A stretch of DNA of 24,000 bases. It comes from Peptostreptococcaceae bacterium. GTDB lineage: Bacteria > Bacillota > Clostridia > Peptostreptococcales > Peptostreptococcaceae. Position numbers and translations under genes: made by a program. Shown in pieces: positions 1-7,049 of this stretch. Under the pieces are notes generated by a model. It did no database searches. It was not told the DNA's origin and saw only the letters and a list, made by a program, of their open reading frames with translations. Location of the stretch: NCBI GenBank assembly GCA_902363255.1, contig CABIZO010000001.1, forward strand, positions 449,394 through 473,393, written 5' to 3'. Within the stretch, counting starts at the first letter, position 1; each line of letters opens with the position of its first letter.

Positions 1-123
1 ACCTCCAAATTTATCCTGTAATTTTTATGATAACCAATAATTACATAAAATCCAACTTAATTTATAAAAATATTAAAAGCCCCTCTCAAAATAATAAAAT
101 TAAATTAAGAAGGAGCTTTACTT

Positions 124-645
124 TTAATATTTAATATATATTAATTCTGATTCATTATATCTAGCAATTGCATAAATTACATCAGAAAGTCTGTTTATGT
201 ATTTTAATAAAAATGGATTAACAGTTTCTATTTTGCTAAGAGAAAAAATCCTTCTCTCGGCTTTTCTACAAATAGTTCTAGCTATATGTAAGTTAGCTGA
301 TATTAAGCTAGTTCCAGGAACTATAAAAGCATCCATTTTATCAATCTTTTCAATGTAAGAGTCTATAATTTTTTCTAAAGATGCCAGATCATCATCAGTT
401 ATGGGAGTCTTATATTTTCCCTCTTCTTTAGTCGCCAATTCAGCCGATACAGCAAATAATTTTATCTGTATATTTCTTAAAATCTCTTTATCTTCATCTT
501 TAGCATAATTTGTACAAAGTCCTATATAAGAGTTAAGTTCATCTAAAGTGCCATAAGATTCAACTCTTATATCATCTTTATCAACTCTAGTGCCATCATA
601 CAGAGAAGTTTTGCCCTTATCTCCTGTCTTAGTATATATTTTCAT
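124..645 (-). CDS. PduO-type ATP:cob(I)alamin adenosyltransferase
   Basis: Track ORF 124..690. The N-terminus MKIYTKTGDKGKTSLYDG and the ~173 aa length are typical of the PduO/MMAB adenosyltransferase family. I place the start at the ATG at 645: the reverse complement of 641-660 reads AAGGAGGACTATTATG (strong RBS), while the 15 upstream codons have no RBS. Confidence 0.85.
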   Translation of the reverse strand: MKIYTKTGDKGKTSLYDGTRVDKDDIRVESYGTLDELNSYIGLCTNYAKDEDKEILRNIQIKLFAVSAELATKEEGKYKTPITDDDLASLEKIIDSYIEKIDKMDAFIVPGTSLISANLHIARTICRKAERRIFSLSKIETVNPFLLKYINRLSDVIYAIARYNESELIYIKY

Positions 646-847
646 AATAGTCCTCCTTATATATTTTAATAGCATTAATAATATACCCATAGATAATTAA
701 CATATATTCAAATATTTATTAAAGATAATACATTAAAATAAGAAATTCTGGGTATAAACTAATTATAAAATGAATTTATTAAAATATTAATGATATACAA
801 ATTTATAGATAATAGACTAATGCTTATAATCTACGGAGGAAAATAAA

Positions 848-1681
848 ATGGCAAATTGTAACTCATGTCCATCAAAAAATAATTGTAATAAACAAGCTAC
901 TTGTACAATAGAAAATAATCCAAATAATAAAATAAAAAATATAATAGGTGTTATGAGTGGAAAAGGTGGAGTAGGAAAATCTACTATAACATCATTAATT
1001 GCAAAAACATTAAACAAGAAAGGTTATAAAGTAGGTATATTAGATGCAGATATAACAGGTCCAAGCATACCAAGGCTTATGGGTGTGAAAGATCAAAGAG
1101 CATTTTCTAGAAATGGTGTAGATATTTATCCAATAATAACTAAGGAAAATATAAAAACAATGTCAGTAAATTTTTTAGTAGAAGATGAAAGTCAACCAAT
1201 TGTATGGAAAGGACCTTTAATAAGTAATACAATAAAGCAATTTTATAAAGATGTAATGTGGGAAGAATTAGATTATTTATTAATAGATATGCCTCCAGGA
1301 ACAGGAGATGTGGCTCTTACTGTAATGCAATCACTGCCTCTTACAGGTATGATAATGGTCTCTGTGCCACAAGACATGATATCAATGATAGTTGCTAAGG
1401 GTATAAATATGGCTAAAAAATTAAATGTTAATATATTAGGTGTGGTGGAAAATATGAGCTACATTGAATGCCCTGATTGCAATAAAAAGATTAAATTATT
1501 TGATGGAGAAGAAACAGAGAACTTCCTAGAAGAAATGAATTTAGATCTTTTAGGTGAATTACCAATGACTAGGGAAATTGTAGAAGTAACTCACAAAGGT
1601 GTAGATGAAATTAGTGAGGAACTAGAAATGACTTTAAAAGATATAGTTAAAAAAATTGAATATAAAATAGATAAGCACTAG
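848..1681 (+). CDS. Mrp/NBP35 (ApbC-like) iron-sulfur cluster carrier ATPase
   Basis: Deviant Walker A SGKGGVGKST, a ParA/MinD-like core, and a C-terminal CPDC (CxxC) motif at 1469-1480. There is an extra N-terminal 4-Cys stretch (MANCNSCPSKNNCNKQATC). RBS GGAGGA lies 8 nt upstream of the ATG. Confidence 0.9.
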   Translation: MANCNSCPSKNNCNKQATCTIENNPNNKIKNIIGVMSGKGGVGKSTITSLIAKTLNKKGYKVGILDADITGPSIPRLMGVKDQRAFSRNGVDIYPIITKENIKTMSVNFLVEDESQPIVWKGPLISNTIKQFYKDVMWEELDYLLIDMPPGTGDVALTVMQSLPLTGMIMVSVPQDMISMIVAKGINMAKKLNVNILGVVENMSYIECPDCNKKIKLFDGEETENFLEEMNLDLLGELPMTREIVEVTHKGVDEISEELEMTLKDIVKKIEYKIDKH

Positions 1682-1701
1682 TATTTTTACTAGTGTTTTT
1701 T
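1676..1701 (+). terminator. Rho-independent terminator after the mrp-like gene
   Basis: CACTAGTA (1676-1683) pairs with TACTAGTG (1688-1695) around a TTTT loop, followed by a T-run. The stop codon lies inside the stem. Confidence 0.7.
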
Positions 1702-1792
1702 ATATTAAGTATTTTTAATTAGTTAAAATTAACTTTATATAAGTATTTTTTCTACAAATAATATATTTAAATATATAAAAAGGAGAAAAAAT

Positions 1793-1957
1793 ATGAAAAA
1801 TAAAAAAAAGAACGAATGTAACAATCAATGGGCAACATCCAATGTATCTTGGTCAAGTAAAGCAGAGGTAAAGGAGAAGGATGAACGAAATAACGAATGG
1901 ACATCTACACTTAAGAAAAGTCCTGATATGTACCAAGAAGATAATTATAAAGATTAA
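1793..1957 (+). CDS. Small hydrophilic protein, 54 aa, unknown function (not in the ORF track)
   Basis: Hand translation gives MKNKKKNECNNQWATSNVSWSSKAEVKEKDERNNEWTSTLKKSPDMYQEDNYKD. RBS AAAGGAGA ends 6 nt before the ATG at 1793. A strong 15-bp-stem terminator follows within 10 nt of the stop, and the ORF sits between two terminators as its own unit. Confidence 0.45.
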   Translation: MKNKKKNECNNQWATSNVSWSSKAEVKEKDERNNEWTSTLKKSPDMYQEDNYKD

Positions 1958-1965
1958 ATAATTCT

Positions 1966-2012
1966 AAACTACTAATTTATTTAAATTAAAATAAATTAGT
2001 AGTTTTGTTTTA
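1966..2012 (+). terminator. Rho-independent terminator after the small ORF
   Basis: AAACTACTAATTTAT (1966-1980) is perfectly complementary to ATAAATTAGTAGTTT (1991-2005). The loop is 10 nt and a T-rich tail follows. Confidence 0.7.
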
Positions 2013-2060
2013 CTTATAGAAAAATACTATAAATAATCTCTATATATAGAAAAAAATAAT

Positions 2061-2089
2061 TAGATAATATATAAATGATTTTGTATAAT
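2061..2089 (+). promoter_or_regulatory. Candidate sigma-A promoter for the rhodanese lipoprotein gene
   Basis: TAGATA (2061-2066), a 17-nt spacer, then TATAAT (2084-2089) preceded by TG. It lies 35 nt upstream of the ATG at 2124. AT-rich background makes chance matches likely. Confidence 0.35.
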
Positions 2090-2123
2090 AAGTTAAGATA
2101 AAAGGAAAAAATAGGGGGAACTT

Positions 2124-3188
2124 ATGAAAAATAAATTAGTTAAATTACTACTTTGCATAGTAATGGTATCAGCAATATTAGTAGGATGTAATTCTAATAA
2201 TACGGAATCATCAGATGAATCTAAAAGTGAGTCAAATGTAAAAGCAGAGGCTGTTGAAAAAACTAAAGTATTTGTAACACCTCAGTGGGTAAAAAGTGTA
2301 ATTGATGGAAATCAACCAGAATCTGAGAATTATGTAATCTTAGAAGCTTCATGGGGTACATATAAAGACAGTCCAGATTATACAAAAGGACATATTCCAG
2401 GAGCTTTACATGTGGATATAGCAAGTGTTGAGTCAGAGCCATACTGGAATCTATCTGATCCAGATGTTGTTGAAAAGGGGATGTTAGACTTAGGAATAAC
2501 AAAAGATAAAACAGTTATTTTATATGGATCTGATGTTTCTGGTACAGCAAGAGTTGCATATGCATATCTTTGGGCAGGAGTTGAGAACGTAAAGGTTATT
2601 AATGGTGGTCTTTCTGCTTGGGAAAATGCTGGTTATGAAACAGATACTAAAGTTGAAGAAGCAGTAGCAGCAACTGATTTTGGGACAACTGTTCCTGCAC
2701 ATCCGGAGTATTGGATGTCTATTGAAGACGCAAAAGATAAACTTGAAAATGACTCAAACTTCAGATTAGTAAGTATCAGAAGTGAAGCAGAGTTCAAAGG
2801 TGAAACAAGTGGATATAACTATATAGATAGAGCTGGAGAACCTAAAGGTGCTGTGTGGGGACGTGGAGGAAGCGACCCATATAGTATGGAAGACTACACA
2901 AATGAAGATGGAACATATATAACAGTTGAAGAAATGGAAGAGCTATGGAAAGACTTAGATTTCAGCAAAGAAAATGAACTTTCATTCTACTGTGGTACTG
3001 GATGGAGAGCTACAATTCCTTGGTTAATAGCATATGATGCAGGCTGGACAGGAATGACTCTTTATGATGGTGGATGGTATCAATGGCAAATGGATGAGAA
3101 TCTTCCTGTACAGGTAGGAGATCCAAATAGTGATGATGTTGTCTATACTACAGTGGGTAAATTATCAACTGATAAGGCTGCAAAATAA
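2124..3188 (+). CDS. Exported lipoprotein with tandem rhodanese domains (thiosulfate/3-mercaptopyruvate sulfurtransferase-like)
   Basis: Signal peptide with lipobox ILVGC (Cys22). Two rhodanese-like halves; the second carries the active-site loop FYCGTGWRATIPW. RBS GGGGGA upstream. Confidence 0.85.
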   Translation: MKNKLVKLLLCIVMVSAILVGCNSNNTESSDESKSESNVKAEAVEKTKVFVTPQWVKSVIDGNQPESENYVILEASWGTYKDSPDYTKGHIPGALHVDIASVESEPYWNLSDPDVVEKGMLDLGITKDKTVILYGSDVSGTARVAYAYLWAGVENVKVINGGLSAWENAGYETDTKVEEAVAATDFGTTVPAHPEYWMSIEDAKDKLENDSNFRLVSIRSEAEFKGETSGYNYIDRAGEPKGAVWGRGGSDPYSMEDYTNEDGTYITVEEMEELWKDLDFSKENELSFYCGTGWRATIPWLIAYDAGWTGMTLYDGGWYQWQMDENLPVQVGDPNSDDVVYTTVGKLSTDKAAK

Positions 3189-3211
3189 ATTAAATAATGT
3201 ATAATAAAAGG

Positions 3212-3245
3212 ATAAGCACTGTATAAAATAACAGTGCTTATTTTA
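3212..3245 (+). terminator. Rho-independent terminator
   Basis: ATAAGCACTGT (3212-3222) is complementary to ACAGTGCTTAT (3231-3241), followed by TTTTA. Confidence 0.7.
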
Positions 3246-3283
3246 ATCATAATGAATTTTAGAAGAATGAGGTTAATAGTTAG

Positions 3284-3718
3284 ATGAAAAAAATGAATAA
3301 AGTATTTTATGCAGTAGCCACTATATTACAAATAATATTATTGGCAGGTGTATATATTGTGAATTATTTTACGAGAAAAAGAATGGGAATGTTAAGATAT
3401 GTAATCTATAAAAATGGAGTTTTTGAAAATACATATCCTATTCAACAATTACAATATATTTGTATAATTTTGCTTACAATATTAACTATATTAGTATTGA
3501 TGTTTTATGTGAAGAATAAGTCAAAATTAAGTAAAAAACTAATGAATAGGAATATTTTTATGCTTGTTTTAACGTCTATTTATATAGGATTTAACCTATT
3601 ATATTCTACTGAAGATTTTAGAGCATTTTATTTTATGAGTTTAATGTTTGGGGTAGCTGCCCTTATTCAAACTATTAAAGTATTTTTTTCAACTTTTGTA
3701 TATAAAAGTAAAAATTAA
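3284..3718 (+). CDS. Small integral membrane protein (about 4 predicted TM helices), unknown function
   Basis: Track ORF. Four long hydrophobic stretches are separated by K/R-rich loops, with a GAGG RBS about 9 nt upstream. I recognise no family. Confidence 0.6.
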   Translation: MKKMNKVFYAVATILQIILLAGVYIVNYFTRKRMGMLRYVIYKNGVFENTYPIQQLQYICIILLTILTILVLMFYVKNKSKLSKKLMNRNIFMLVLTSIYIGFNLLYSTEDFRAFYFMSLMFGVAALIQTIKVFFSTFVYKSKN

Positions 3719-3756
3719 TGAATAAATGGCTAGAATGTTTTAAGTTCTAAATTACT

Positions 3757-3765
3757 TGGTATAAT
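3757..3765 (+). promoter_or_regulatory. Candidate extended -10 promoter element for bcp
   Basis: TGGTATAAT matches the TGnTATAAT extended -10 consensus exactly. It lies about 35 nt upstream of the ATG at 3800, and the -35 is weak. Confidence 0.4.
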
Positions 3766-3799
3766 ATGTAATATAAATATGAAAAGAGGAGTTGGAGAA

Positions 3800-4255
3800 A
3801 TGTTAGAAGCTGGAGTAAAAGCACCAGAGTTTAAGTTACAAGACAAAGATGGAAATGAAGTAAGTTTATCAGACTTTAAAAATAAAAAAGTAGTACTATA
3901 TTTTTATCCAAGAGATAATACACCTGGTTGTACAAAACAAGCATGTGCTTTCAGAGACAACTATGAAGAATTCACATCAAAGGACGTAGTAGTAATAGGT
4001 ATAAGTAAAGATAGTGTGAAATCTCACAGCAACTTTGCAGCGAAACATGAATTACCATTTATATTATTAGCAGATCCAGAACTAGAAGCTATAAAAGCTT
4101 ATGATGTATGGCAAGAAAAGAAATTATATGGAAAAGTTAGTATGGGTGTGGTAAGAACTACATATATAATCGATGAGAATGGAATAATAGAAAAGGTGTA
4201 CAATAAAGTTAAAACTGATAAAAATGCAGGAGAAATTTTAGAGTACTTAGGATAG
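3800..4255 (+). CDS. bcp: Thioredoxin-dependent peroxiredoxin Bcp (thiol peroxidase)
   Basis: Motif YFYPRDNTPGCTKQACAFRD, with peroxidatic Cys and resolving Cys 5 residues apart, as in Bcp/PrxQ. I prefer the ATG at 3800 (GAGGAG 8 nt upstream) over the track start at 3779, which has no RBS. Confidence 0.9.
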   Translation: MLEAGVKAPEFKLQDKDGNEVSLSDFKNKKVVLYFYPRDNTPGCTKQACAFRDNYEEFTSKDVVVIGISKDSVKSHSNFAAKHELPFILLADPELEAIKAYDVWQEKKLYGKVSMGVVRTTYIIDENGIIEKVYNKVKTDKNAGEILEYLG

Positions 4256-4288
4256 AGAAAAAAACAAAAAACTTAAATATAGTATTAT

Positions 4289-4340
4289 AGATATAGGAAA
4301 GCTAGTGTAAAACTAACAACTAAATCCTATATCTTTTTTA
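4289..4340 (+). terminator. Rho-independent terminator after bcp (large loop)
   Basis: AGATATAGGA (4289-4298) is perfectly complementary to TCCTATATCT (4325-4334), followed by TTTTTTA. The 26-nt loop is larger than usual. Confidence 0.5.
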
Positions 4341-4351
4341 TTATTCCTAAA

Positions 4352-4610
4352 AGTACACCAGTACACTATTTGATGTACTTTAGAACTTTTTTGATGGCAA
4401 AAGCTATTAAAAAGGTAGGTACAGGTACACTAAAGGTACAGCAAAAATTATTTTGGTGTACCTAGGTGTCATTTAGTTATATCAATGCTTTCAGTGTTGA
4501 AGTACACTAAGTACACTAGAAATTATAAAAACTGACAGACTTTAAATTTCAGTAAAACATATGATGTTTTTCTATAGTGTGGTAAAAGTTGGTGTACCTG
4601 GTGTACCATG
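4352..4610. repeat. Array of five clusters of short GTACAC / GGTGTACC repeats in an intergenic region
   Basis: Five clusters. C1, 4352-4368: AGTACACCAGTACACTA. C2, 4414-4442: GGTAGGTACAGGTACACTAAAGGTACAGC. C3, 4455-4470: GGTGTACCTAGGTGTC. C4, 4501-4519: AGTACACTAAGTACACTAG. C5, 4591-4610: GGTGTACCTGGTGTACCATG. C1, C2 and C4 share one orientation; C3 and C5 are inverted. Confidence 0.8.
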
Positions 4611-4668
4611 CAATATAAACTAACATTTATTTTTGTGGTATTATAAAAGGAGATGGGAGTGAGACATT

Positions 4669-5571
4669 TTGAAATTACAAAAACCAGGAATGAGAAATAT
4701 AAAAACAGGAATAGGAGTTATGATCTGTGTACTAGTTGGGTATTTCCACATAGTCGATAACACTTTTTTTGCTGCAGCGGCTTGTATAGTTTGTATGCAG
4801 ACAACTGTAAAAAGTTCTGTGACAGTTGGATTTAATAGATTAAAAGGAACTTTCATAGGAGGATTAATAGGATTTTTATTTGTGCTTATTAAACCAGGAA
4901 ATCCGATATTATCTTGTTTAGGAGTTATCACAACTATTTATATTTGTAATATTTTAAAAATAAACAAATCCATAACTATTGCGTGTGTTGTTTTTTGTGC
5001 TATTCACTTAAGCGTGGGAGATGCAAATCCAATAGCTTATTCAATATCTAGAACATTAGATACATCAGTAGGGGTTATTATAGGAGTTGCAGTAAATTAT
5101 TATATATTTAGACCTAATTATTTAAAAAGTATATACAAAGAAATAAGAGTTATTGAAAAAACATCAATTAAACTATTGAAAAGTGAAATAGAAAAAGGTG
5201 TTCATGCAGATAATTCATCTTTGAAGAAAGAAATTACAAGACTAGAGGGATTGTATAAAAACTTTTTAGAGGAACTAGAGTATAGTAACGAAGAAGTTGA
5301 TGATGAAGAAATAAATAATGTCATTAAACGATGTAAACATATCTATCTACATCTTCAAATTTTAGAGCAAATGAAAGATAAATGTTACTTAAATAAAGAA
5401 AATTATATTAAGTCAAAAAGCATATATGATACTTTACCTAAGGGTATTGAAATTAAAGATGATAGAAGCGCTGTTTATAATTATCATATTAGTGCCATTA
5501 TTGACAATATTAATGAAATACATGGAATAGAAGAAAATAATAATGAAAGTGACTTAATCGCAACAGTTTAA
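4669..5571 (+). CDS. Aromatic acid exporter / FUSC-like (ArAE_1, YgaE-type) membrane protein with a C-terminal cytoplasmic helical domain
   Basis: N-terminal MRNIKTGIGV followed by about 5 TM helices, then a charged helical C-terminal half, as in the Bacillus YgaE/YqjA-type family. The TTG start at 4669 has GGGAG 9 nt upstream; the ATG at 4690 is an alternative start. Confidence 0.6.
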   Translation: MKLQKPGMRNIKTGIGVMICVLVGYFHIVDNTFFAAAACIVCMQTTVKSSVTVGFNRLKGTFIGGLIGFLFVLIKPGNPILSCLGVITTIYICNILKINKSITIACVVFCAIHLSVGDANPIAYSISRTLDTSVGVIIGVAVNYYIFRPNYLKSIYKEIRVIEKTSIKLLKSEIEKGVHADNSSLKKEITRLEGLYKNFLEELEYSNEEVDDEEINNVIKRCKHIYLHLQILEQMKDKCYLNKENYIKSKSIYDTLPKGIEIKDDRSAVYNYHISAIIDNINEIHGIEENNNESDLIATV

Positions 5572-5633
5572 TTTATATGGAAAATATTTAAAAATACTTA
5601 AAATAAAGATAACTCATAATAAAATTTTTTTAA

Positions 5634-5642
5634 TGTTATAAT
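5634..5642 (+). promoter_or_regulatory. Candidate extended -10 promoter element
   Basis: TGTTATAAT matches TGnTATAAT. It lies 47 nt upstream of the ATG at 5689. Confidence 0.4.
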
Positions 5643-5688
5643 TACCTTGTCAGCATAAATCTACGTTTAGACAGGGGGAAATTTTATT

Positions 5689-6768
5689 ATGAGTTTTAAT
5701 ATGCCAAAATATACTCATCCAGATTTTAGTACAGAAAGATTTAAGAATTCACCAAATGCAAAGATTGAACTAGTTGAACAGGATAGAGTTGCACCAGATA
5801 ATTATCACGCAATGTCAATTTATCCAGAATACTTTAAAGTTGATGGTGAATGGATATTAGCAGAAGAAACAAGAATGGACTGTGTTCCAAGATTGAAAGA
5901 TAATAAGATAGAAATAGTAGAATTTAGGCATTTAAAAGTTGGAGACAAAATTATTGTTGGAAGAACTGAGGATGGTAGTGAAGGAATATACCTACATACA
6001 ACAGGTTTTGAAGACAAAAAGGTTGAGGAGGAAGCTTTTGCTTTTAGAGGAAGTAGATCAAGAGAAACTTCTCAAACTATGGATTACGATCAATTAATTG
6101 AACTTTTAAAACACGAAAAAGAAAATGGATATATAGTTTGGGTAATGGGACCAGCAGCAGTGTTTTCTAAGGGAGCTAGAGATTCATTAACTAAATTAAT
6201 AAACAACGGATATGTAAATGCCTTCTTAGGGGGAAATGCCGTTGCAACCCACGATTTAGAAGCAGGTGTATACAACACTGCTTTAGGTCAAGACATATAC
6301 ACTCAATGTTCTATAAAAGATGGTCACTATCATCATTTAGACTTATTAAATAAAGCGAGAAAATATGGTTCAATAGAAAAACTTATAGAAGAAGAAAATA
6401 TAACTTCAGGTTTGATTCATTCTTGTGTAAAAAATAATGTACCTATTGTACTAGGGGGATCAATAAGAGATGATGGTCCACTTCCTATAGTAATATCAGA
6501 TGTGTATGAGGCTCAGGAGCAAATGAGAAGAGAAGTGAGAAAAGCTACGACGGTAATTTGTATGGCAACTCAATTACACACAATAGCTACAGGAAATATG
6601 ACGCCATCTTTCAGAGTAGTAGATGAAGAAATAAGACCATTATACTTCTATACAGTAGATACTTCAGAATTTGCTGTAAATAAGCTAAAAGACAGGGGAA
6701 GTTTAAGTGTAAGAACAATGATATCAAATGCACAAGACTTTTTACAAAGGTTAGCTGATAATTTATAA
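5689..6768 (+). CDS. LOR/SDH-like (TIGR00300-type) enzyme, possible ornithine cyclodeaminase-type protein
   Basis: The C-terminal two thirds carry motifs I recall from the TIGR00300 / ArgZ C-terminal family: GGNAVATHDLE, GHYHHL, VPIVLGGSIRDDGPLP, and ATQLHTIATGNMTP. The first ~110 aa do not match anything I recognise. Confidence 0.55.
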   Translation: MSFNMPKYTHPDFSTERFKNSPNAKIELVEQDRVAPDNYHAMSIYPEYFKVDGEWILAEETRMDCVPRLKDNKIEIVEFRHLKVGDKIIVGRTEDGSEGIYLHTTGFEDKKVEEEAFAFRGSRSRETSQTMDYDQLIELLKHEKENGYIVWVMGPAAVFSKGARDSLTKLINNGYVNAFLGGNAVATHDLEAGVYNTALGQDIYTQCSIKDGHYHHLDLLNKARKYGSIEKLIEEENITSGLIHSCVKNNVPIVLGGSIRDDGPLPIVISDVYEAQEQMRREVRKATTVICMATQLHTIATGNMTPSFRVVDEEIRPLYFYTVDTSEFAVNKLKDRGSLSVRTMISNAQDFLQRLADNL

Positions 6769-6772
6769 ATAT

Positions 6773-6801
6773 AAAAAACTGCTTTTATAGCAGTTTTTTT
6801 T
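6773..6801 (+). terminator. Rho-independent terminator
   Basis: AAAAACTGCT / AGCAGTTTTT hairpin around a TTTAT loop, followed by a long T-run. Confidence 0.7.
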
Positions 6802-7049
6802 ATTTATAGCCCCAAAATCTTCTTATGTTGTGTACAATTCTATCAATTTAAATATATTTTATTGTACAAGATGTTTAATTAAGTTAAAATAAAAATGAAA
6901 TTCTCTATATGATTTTTTTTCATATCTTATTATAATATTAAACAGGGACAAGAAACAAAGTGTATTTTGAAATGATTAAAAATAATATATTTTTATACTA
7001 TTATACTATTATACTAATTATGTTAATCAGACAACAAAGGAGACGAATC

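Noticed and set aside
78-118. A possible minus-strand terminator after the adenosyltransferase gene: AAAGCUCCUU pairing with GAGGGGCUUU, followed by a U-rich tail.
   Set aside because: The stem needs three G-U pairs and closes a loop of about 24 nt. A GGAGGT RBS for a further minus-strand gene sits at 1-6, so read-through is equally plausible. This is too weak to list as a feature.
4352-4623. Whether the GTAC repeat array is a CRISPR array, or is coding (for example the 20-codon ORF at 4561-4623, MMFFYSVVKVGVPGVPCNIN).
   Set aside because: The repeat units are only 8-10 bp, are irregularly spaced and occur in both orientations, unlike CRISPR repeats. The mini-ORF has no RBS, and all frames are interrupted by stops.
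4653-4757. A possible 34-codon upstream ORF starting at the ATG at 4653, overlapping the start of the ArAE-like gene in another frame.
   Set aside because: The ATG directly abuts AGGAG with zero spacing. The product is basic and low-complexity, and the region is better explained as the RBS for the TTG at 4669.
6960-7049. The 30-codon N-terminal extension of the kinase ORF, and similar extensions at 646-690, 3779-3799, 10704-10730, 14688-14720 and 20219-20227.
   Set aside because: The upstream starts lack Shine-Dalgarno sequences. The internal ATG, GTG or TTG codons are preceded by GGAGG-like motifs at 6-9 nt. They also give N-termini that match paralogs or family norms, such as a signal peptide, MKVLIIGG, or MTNMP aligned with MTDMP.
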